A stretch of 64,000 nt of DNA from Escherichia coli (GTDB taxonomy: Bacteria; Pseudomonadota; Gammaproteobacteria; Enterobacterales; Enterobacteriaceae): assembly GCF_051903065.1 (NCBI RefSeq), contig NZ_CP178438.1. One strand, written 5' to 3'. Within the stretch, counting starts at the first letter, position 1. Every line of letters starts with the position of its first letter. Below are positions 58,157-64,000 of this stretch, in pieces. Under the pieces are notes generated by a model. It made no database searches, was not told the origin of the DNA, and saw nothing but the letters and a program-made list of their open reading frames with translations. The position numbers were made by a program, and so were the translations under genes.

Positions 58157-58921
58157 TTAACCTTTCCGCTCGACGGAAATCATGGTGACAAAAGGATAGC
58201 GTTGCCACGGGATTGCCCCGCCTTTCATATACATATGTGAAATCGTGCCATCAAGATTAAGCAGCTGCTCAACGTTCAGTTTCGCTTTGGCATAACAGGC
58301 AAAATCATAAAAATTTGTCGCCTGCTGGCTCAACAAAAACACGGCATTCCCATGTTTATTAATCCCAACACCGTTACGAATTTTACGTGAGGCGACGTTG
58401 GGATGAATACGCGGATTAATTACACTGTTTTCCATCAACATTGGCCCTGACTGCACCGCAAACTGAATCTCTTTACTGGTTTTGAAGGCATCCAGACGAA
58501 CGATGCCGACTTTATCTCCCGCGACATAAAACACGCCGCCAGGACTGATAAAGAAATTCCCTTCACCTGAAGCGAGATTTAACGCCACCTTCTGCTGACC
58601 GTTTTCGATGTACAAACCGAGCGGCGCATAGCTTTCATCATAGATGCCGCCGTTCATCGCCATCTGCACCTGACCGTGACTATTAATATCCGCCAGCAGA
58701 GCATGTAACGTTCCCCACGCTTCGCCATTGGCTTTTTGCCAGTACATTTTCACCCGCTCTGTTTGAGGATTAACGGTATACGCCTGTACGGTCAGCGTTG
58801 GATCTGAGAGTGCGCAATCATCAGCGGCAACAGCAAACAAGGGAAGTAAGGTGAGAGTGAGAAAAATCCGTTTGAGATTCAAGGTGATCATTCCTTTACC
58901 AATGAGTAGCCGATGCGCCAT
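58157..58921 (-). CDS. yigE: DUF2233-family secreted protein YigE
   Basis: 254-aa ORF with N-terminal hydrophobic signal region; gene identity from position next to corA and recalled family. Confidence 0.75.
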   Translation of the reverse strand: MAHRLLIGKGMITLNLKRIFLTLTLLPLFAVAADDCALSDPTLTVQAYTVNPQTERVKMYWQKANGEAWGTLHALLADINSHGQVQMAMNGGIYDESYAPLGLYIENGQQKVALNLASGEGNFFISPGGVFYVAGDKVGIVRLDAFKTSKEIQFAVQSGPMLMENSVINPRIHPNVASRKIRNGVGINKHGNAVFLLSQQATNFYDFACYAKAKLNVEQLLNLDGTISHMYMKGGAIPWQRYPFVTMISVERKG

Positions 58922-59290
58922 TATAGGTCCTGGATGTGGGATTTTTTTATCCTGTTAGCGACCTTGACGAGTACCAAAAAGCGCGAAGTTCAACTATTGT
59001 TCTGTGGTGTTCTGTTGCGTGTTGACGGCAAAATTTTGCTGGCGTAACATGCGCGCACGATCACTCTAAGAGGACATTCGCCTTGGACACACCCAGTAGA
59101 TACTGGCTCACTATCCTGTCATCCAGGATCAACTCCTAAGGCTATCCCTTTTTGCTGATAGCCTTAGCGGTTGTCAGCGACCTCAATTTTTCCCGTCGCG
59201 CTGAGTCAGGCTGTTTAATGGTCTGAAACCCAATTTGTTTCTGTGTGCCCACCGAACTGTCCGATATTTTAAGCATTGGGAGTCCCGGTC

Positions 59291-60241
59291 ATGCTGAGCG
59301 CATTTCAACTGGAAAATAACCGACTGACCCGGCTGGAAGTCGAAGAGTCACAACCCCTTGTAAATGCAGTATGGATTGATCTTGTCGAACCGGACGACGA
59401 CGAGCGACTGCGCGTACAATCTGAACTTGGCCAGAGCCTGGCAACCCGCCCGGAACTGGAAGACATCGAAGCATCGGCCCGTTTCTTTGAAGACGATGAC
59501 GGCCTGCACATTCACTCCTTCTTCTTCTTTGAAGATGCGGAAGATCACGCCGGTAACTCCACTGTGGCATTTACCATCCGTGATGGTCGTCTGTTTACTC
59601 TGCGTGAGCGTGAACTGCCCGCTTTTCGTCTGTATCGTATGCGTGCCCGTAGCCAGTCGATGGTAGACGGTAACGCCTACGAGCTGCTGCTGGATCTGTT
59701 CGAAACCAAAATCGAACAGTTGGCAGATGAAATTGAAAATATCTATAGCGACCTGGAGCAATTGAGCCGGGTGATTATGGAAGGGCATCAGGGCGATGAG
59801 TACGACGAGGCGCTCTCCACGCTGGCGGAACTGGAAGATATCGGCTGGAAAGTGCGCCTGTGTCTGATGGATACCCAGCGCGCTCTCAACTTCCTGGTGC
59901 GTAAAGCGCGTTTACCGGGTGGGCAACTGGAGCAGGCGCGTGAAATCCTGCGAGATATCGAATCCCTGCTGCCGCATAACGAATCCCTGTTCCAGAAGGT
60001 GAACTTCCTGATGCAGGCGGCAATGGGTTTTATCAACATCGAGCAGAACCGCATCATCAAAATTTTCTCGGTGGTATCCGTCGTGTTCCTGCCGCCAACG
60101 CTGGTTGCTTCCAGCTACGGGATGAACTTTGAGTTTATGCCAGAACTGAAGTGGAGTTTCGGCTACCCAGGCGCGATTATCTTTATGATCCTCGCGGGCC
60201 TGGCACCGTATCTGTACTTTAAGCGGAAGAACTGGTTGTAA
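59291..60241 (+). CDS. corA: magnesium/cobalt transporter CorA
   Basis: ORF 59276-60241 trimmed to [13 protein letters not shown]; YGMNF signature and C-terminal TM helices. Confidence 0.93.
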   Translation: MLSAFQLENNRLTRLEVEESQPLVNAVWIDLVEPDDDERLRVQSELGQSLATRPELEDIEASARFFEDDDGLHIHSFFFFEDAEDHAGNSTVAFTIRDGRLFTLRERELPAFRLYRMRARSQSMVDGNAYELLLDLFETKIEQLADEIENIYSDLEQLSRVIMEGHQGDEYDEALSTLAELEDIGWKVRLCLMDTQRALNFLVRKARLPGGQLEQAREILRDIESLLPHNESLFQKVNFLMQAAMGFINIEQNRIIKIFSVVSVVFLPPTLVASSYGMNFEFMPELKWSFGYPGAIIFMILAGLAPYLYFKRKNWL

Positions 60242-60283
60242 AAAACGAGAGCGGTGGCTTAGTCTGGCTAAGCCACCTGTTAT

Positions 60284-60664
60284 TCAAAGGCTCCAGGTAT
60301 TTAACCCTTTTACCTCTTTCTCATAGAACCATTTGTTCGTGTTAACAGCAACATAGGCTGCTACGGCAATTCCCAGAATGTTAACGCCAATTAATGCACC
60401 AACAAATAGAGATAGAATGCCAAGTAATAGAACTATAATTGCTTTTTTCCATAAGCCCAGAACAAATAAATAGATCCAGGAACAGAAGAAAGCAATGAAA
60501 TTCATTTGAATAGTTAATCGTTGTCTTACTTTTAATGCTTTAAATGCTGCTTTATATTCTGGTGTTGCTCCCCAGAATCCAGGAAAGCCATGTTGATCAT
60601 AAAAATTAAATCGGTATTTCCATTTTTCACTTAATGAACCATCGTTCATATATTCCTTACTCAT
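60284..60664 (-). CDS. yigF: small inner-membrane protein YigF
   Basis: ORF 60284-60706 trimmed to MSKEYMNDGSL (126 aa); two TM helices; AT-rich. Confidence 0.75.
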   Translation of the reverse strand: MSKEYMNDGSLSEKWKYRFNFYDQHGFPGFWGATPEYKAAFKALKVRQRLTIQMNFIAFFCSWIYLFVLGLWKKAIIVLLLGILSLFVGALIGVNILGIAVAAYVAVNTNKWFYEKEVKGLNTWSL

Positions 60665-60677
60665 AAATACTCCATAA

Positions 60678-61058
60678 CTATTGTTTTGATGAATCAGTAG
60701 GTGCAAGCATTAGCATACTGAAAGTGGAAAAATAACAAATCAAAAAAATCATCGAACCATTGCCTGAACAGGCAAAATCTTCGGCTATCATTGTGATGAT
60801 AGAGATGATATATACTGCTAATGTACCAAAAACATAAGTTTTTATATAGATGAAACCACTATCACGGAGTCGCTGGCAATTCATGTTGATGACGAGATAA
60901 TGGAGTACGATGGTAGAGACTATAACAAGAAAACCTACTTCCCCATCGTTAAAAAAGATAATAAGAAAGGCAAAAATGAAATTTATTAAAATAAATGAAA
61001 ATATATATCGGCGTCTGGAAATCTTACCGTTAGATGTTGGGATAAACATACGTAACAT
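60678..61058 (-). CDS. yigG: small inner-membrane protein YigG
   Basis: ORF 60678-61118; start tentatively at [12 protein letters not shown] (126 aa); several TM helices; AT-rich. Confidence 0.65.
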   Translation of the reverse strand: MLRMFIPTSNGKISRRRYIFSFILINFIFAFLIIFFNDGEVGFLVIVSTIVLHYLVINMNCQRLRDSGFIYIKTYVFGTLAVYIISIITMIAEDFACSGNGSMIFLICYFSTFSMLMLAPTDSSKQ

Positions 61059-61152
61059 AAATTTTACATCCTTGTGTGAGTCTCCTGTCAGCATGGCAAT
61101 ATGCCCACTCTCATACAAGAGTCGGCATATTTTTTCAGAATATATTTATTTT

Positions 61153-62043
61153 TTATTTGGACGTTCTACGCTGCGTATAAATCGCATCCATCACAAAAAT
61201 TGCCAGCGCCACCCAAATAAAGGCGAAAGTCACCATCTTATCGGCACCCGGTTTTTCACCATAAAACGTCACAGCCAGCAGGAACATCAGCGTCGGGCCA
61301 ATGTACTGGAAAAAGCCTAACGTTGAGAGACGCAGGCGCGTGGCAGCGGCAGTAAAACACAACAGCGGTACGGTAGTGACAATACCGGCGGCGATCAGCA
61401 GTAAATTCAGCGACATCGGGTTTTGCCCCATATGGCTGGTTGAGCTGTCGGCAATAGCAAACAGGTAAATCGCCGCCACGGGCAGCAGCCACATAGTTTC
61501 GATTAACATGCCGGTTTGCGCTTCAACGGCAATCTTCTTGCGTACCAGACCGTAGAAGGCAAAACTAAATGCCAGCCCCAGCGCGATGATCGGCAGTGAA
61601 CCAAAAGTCCAGAGCTGAACCAACACGCCACATATCGCCAGAATCACCGCCAGCCATTGCATCCGGCGGAATCGCTCGCCGAGGAAAATCATCCCCAGCA
61701 CAATGTTCACCAGCGGGTTAATAAAGTAACCAAGGCTCGCTTCCAGCATATGGTGATTGTTCACCGCCCAGATAAACAGTAGCCAGTTGCCGCCAATCAG
61801 CACGGCAGAGACTGCCAGCATAAAAATTTTCTGTGGCGTCTGAATCAGCGTTTTTAAATAGGACCACTGGCGGCAAATGCTCATCAGCACCACCATAAAG
61901 AAAAATGACCAGATCACGCGATGCGTCAGGATTTCATCGGCGGGCACGTAGTAAATCAACTTGAAGTACGCTGGGGCTATACCCCAAATAAAATAAGCGG
62001 CAAGAGCGAGTAATACGCCCTGCCGCGTTTGTTTTGCATCCAT
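61153..62043 (-). CDS. rarD: EamA/DMT-family membrane protein RarD
   Basis: 296-aa polytopic membrane ORF. Confidence 0.9.
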   Translation of the reverse strand: MDAKQTRQGVLLALAAYFIWGIAPAYFKLIYYVPADEILTHRVIWSFFFMVVLMSICRQWSYLKTLIQTPQKIFMLAVSAVLIGGNWLLFIWAVNNHHMLEASLGYFINPLVNIVLGMIFLGERFRRMQWLAVILAICGVLVQLWTFGSLPIIALGLAFSFAFYGLVRKKIAVEAQTGMLIETMWLLPVAAIYLFAIADSSTSHMGQNPMSLNLLLIAAGIVTTVPLLCFTAAATRLRLSTLGFFQYIGPTLMFLLAVTFYGEKPGADKMVTFAFIWVALAIFVMDAIYTQRRTSK

Positions 62044-62094
62044 CGGGAATACTCATTTTTAATTGGTAACAGCAGTTTACCTGCTTTTATGTCT

Positions 62095-62562
62095 TCAACC
62101 TACCATATAGGTGGCGGTGGCACTGGCAATATAAAGCTGTTCTTCATTGTGTAATTCAACGCGGGCGACGGCGACTTTATTGCCTGCACGCAACAGACTA
62201 CTGGTAGCAGTAAAACGCTCGCCCCTGCCTGGGCGCAGATAATCAACGCGAAGATCAATGGTCCCCATCCGCGATAGCCGCTGGCGTAGTTCATCTTCAC
62301 TGATGGTTTCGTGGCGGGTTAAGGTACTTCCCACGCACACCAGACCGGCGGCGACATCCAGCGCCGACGCAATGACCCCGCCGTGCAAAATGCTTTGCGC
62401 CCAGTTGCCCACCATCATTGGCTGATTTTTAAAGGCCAGCTGTGCGAACTCTTTTTCGTAACGCTCCAGTTCCATCCCCAATGCGCGGTTAAATGGCATG
62501 TGATAAACAAACATCTCACCCACTAATTTCAGGGCTTGTTCAGCGGTCAGTACGGCAGACAT
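62095..62562 (-). CDS. yigI: hotdog-fold (4HBT-type) thioesterase YigI
   Basis: ORF 62095-62580; start likely MSAVLTAEQ. Confidence 0.85.
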   Translation of the reverse strand: MSAVLTAEQALKLVGEMFVYHMPFNRALGMELERYEKEFAQLAFKNQPMMVGNWAQSILHGGVIASALDVAAGLVCVGSTLTRHETISEDELRQRLSRMGTIDLRVDYLRPGRGERFTATSSLLRAGNKVAVARVELHNEEQLYIASATATYMVG

Positions 62563-62726
62563 ATCATCCTTACACTTCATTGGTTAATGAAATGTTGATT
62601 TTATGCTTCTTTGTTGTTGGTTTCTACTTTAGGAAGGGATAACTAACGGCTATGGAGTTAAGTATGTAAAATAGCCCGCAGAAAAATATTCACCTTATCA
62701 ATAATTCGTTACGGAGAACACGACCG

Positions 62727-63596
62727 ATGCGGACTCTGCAGGGCTGGTTGTTGCCGGTGTTTATGTTGCCTATGGCAGTATATGCACAAGAGGCAACGGT
62801 GAAAGAGGTGCATGACGCGCCAGCGGTGCGTGGCAGTATTATCGCCAATATGCTGCAGGAGCATGACAATCCGTTCACGCTCTATCCTTATGACACCAAC
62901 TACCTCATCTACACCCAAACCAGCGATCTGAACAAAGAAGCGATTGCCAGTTACGACTGGGCGGAAAATGCGCGTAAGGATGAAGTAAAGTTTCAGTTGA
63001 GCCTGGCATTTCCGCTGTGGCGTGGGATTTTAGGCCCGAACTCGGTGTTGGGTGCGTCTTATACGCAAAAATCCTGGTGGCAACTGTCCAATAGCGAAGA
63101 GTCTTCACCGTTTCGTGAAACCAACTACGAACCGCAATTGTTCCTCGGTTTTGCCACCGATTACCGTTTTGCAGGTTGGACGCTGCGCGATGTGGAGATG
63201 GGGTATAACCACGACTCTAACGGGCGTTCAGACCCGACCTCCCGCAGCTGGAACCGCCTTTATACTCGCCTGATGGCAGAAAACGGTAACTGGCTGGTAG
63301 AAGTGAAGCCGTGGTATGTGGTGGGTAATACTGACGATAACCCGGATATCACCAAATATATGGGTTACTACCAGCTTAAAATCGGCTATCACCTCGGTGA
63401 TGCGGTGCTCAGTGCGAAAGGACAGTACAACTGGAACACCGGCTACGGCGGCGCGGAGTTAGGCTTAAGTTACCCGATCACCAAACATGTGCGCCTTTAT
63501 ACTCAGGTTTACAGCGGCTATGGCGAATCGCTCATCGACTATAACTTCAACCAGACCCGTGTCGGTGTGGGGGTTATGCTAAACGATTTGTTTTGA
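62727..63596 (+). CDS. pldA: outer-membrane phospholipase A
   Basis: 289-aa ORF with signal peptide and the GYNHDSNG active-site region. Confidence 0.93.
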   Translation: MRTLQGWLLPVFMLPMAVYAQEATVKEVHDAPAVRGSIIANMLQEHDNPFTLYPYDTNYLIYTQTSDLNKEAIASYDWAENARKDEVKFQLSLAFPLWRGILGPNSVLGASYTQKSWWQLSNSEESSPFRETNYEPQLFLGFATDYRFAGWTLRDVEMGYNHDSNGRSDPTSRSWNRLYTRLMAENGNWLVEVKPWYVVGNTDDNPDITKYMGYYQLKIGYHLGDAVLSAKGQYNWNTGYGGAELGLSYPITKHVRLYTQVYSGYGESLIDYNFNQTRVGVGVMLNDLF

Positions 63597-63678
63597 TGAA
63601 CGGTTGAGTGGTTGGCAAATCTGGAATCCAGCATCCAGGATTACCCTCTCAGAGACTAAAAGCATTGCAGTTTCTCGC

Positions 63679-63709
63679 GCAGGCGCTGAAAATAGCGCCT
63701 GTTTTTATT
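63679..63709 (+). terminator. rho-independent terminator after pldA
   Basis: hairpin gcaggcgctgaaaatagcgcctg followed by tttttattt. Confidence 0.7.
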
Positions 63710-63728
63710 TCAGGCAATCGGGGTGAAT

Positions 63729-64000
63729 GTGGCGCAGGCGGAAGTGTTGAATCTGGAGTCCGGAGCTAAACAGGTTTTACAAGAAACCTTTGGCTACCAA
63801 CAGTTTCGCCCCGGCCAGGAAGAAATTATCGACACTGTGCTTTCCGGTCGCGATTGCCTGGTCGTCATGCCCACCGGTGGCGGAAAATCCCTTTGCTATC
63901 AAATTCCTGCCTTATTGCTAAACGGCCTTACCGTGGTTGTTTCACCGCTGATTTCGTTGATGAAAGATCAGGTGGATCAACTGCAAGCCAACGGCGTGGC
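63729..64000 (+). CDS. recQ: ATP-dependent DNA helicase RecQ (5' partial, runs off window)
   Basis: GTG start; (M)[53 protein letters not shown]. Confidence 0.85.
   Translation, partial: MAQAEVLNLESGAKQVLQETFGYQQFRPGQEEIIDTVLSGRDCLVVMPTGGGKSLCYQIPALLLNGLTVVVSPLISLMKDQVDQLQANGV

Overview
The window reads as a contiguous Escherichia coli-type chromosomal segment (by recognition of protein and RNA sequences, not by any search). Gene order: hdfR, maoP(yifE), comM, ilvLXGMEDA, ilvY/ilvC, ppiC, a PemK/MazF-like gene, rep, gppA, rhlB, trxA, rhoL-rho, the 12-gene wec/rff enterobacterial common antigen cluster, yifK, the argX-hisR-leuT-proM tRNA operon, aslB/aslA, glmZ sRNA, hemYXDC, cyaA, cyaY, yifL-dapF-yigA-xerC-yigB, uvrD, a DUF62-like exported protein, yigE, corA, yigF/yigG, rarD, yigI, pldA and the 5' end of recQ. 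Almost all of this is ordinary conserved core genome. The one stretch that does not fit the backbone is about 4.4 kb between cyaY and yifL (about 46.98-51.44 kb). It is visibly AT-richer and carries a minus-strand array: two tandem paralogous secreted proteins with repeated DKNYY-like motifs, a translationally coupled small Cys-rich secreted protein, and a membrane-anchored 184-aa protein. A ~171-bp direct repeat duplicates the promoter and signal-peptide start of the paralog, leaving a 22-codon gene remnant in front of the 184-aa gene. I regard this as the best candidate for an undescribed accessory system; its function is unknown and all functional labels on it are hypotheses. Other points of note: a 10-unit hexanucleotide (Pro-Ala) repeat inside hemX, an apparently intact ilvG, a signal-peptide-bearing DUF62 family protein, and a solitary toxin-like gene. 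Start codons were refined by hand from the six-frame track where the known protein N-terminus was recognisable; nothing was computed beyond reading the sequence.
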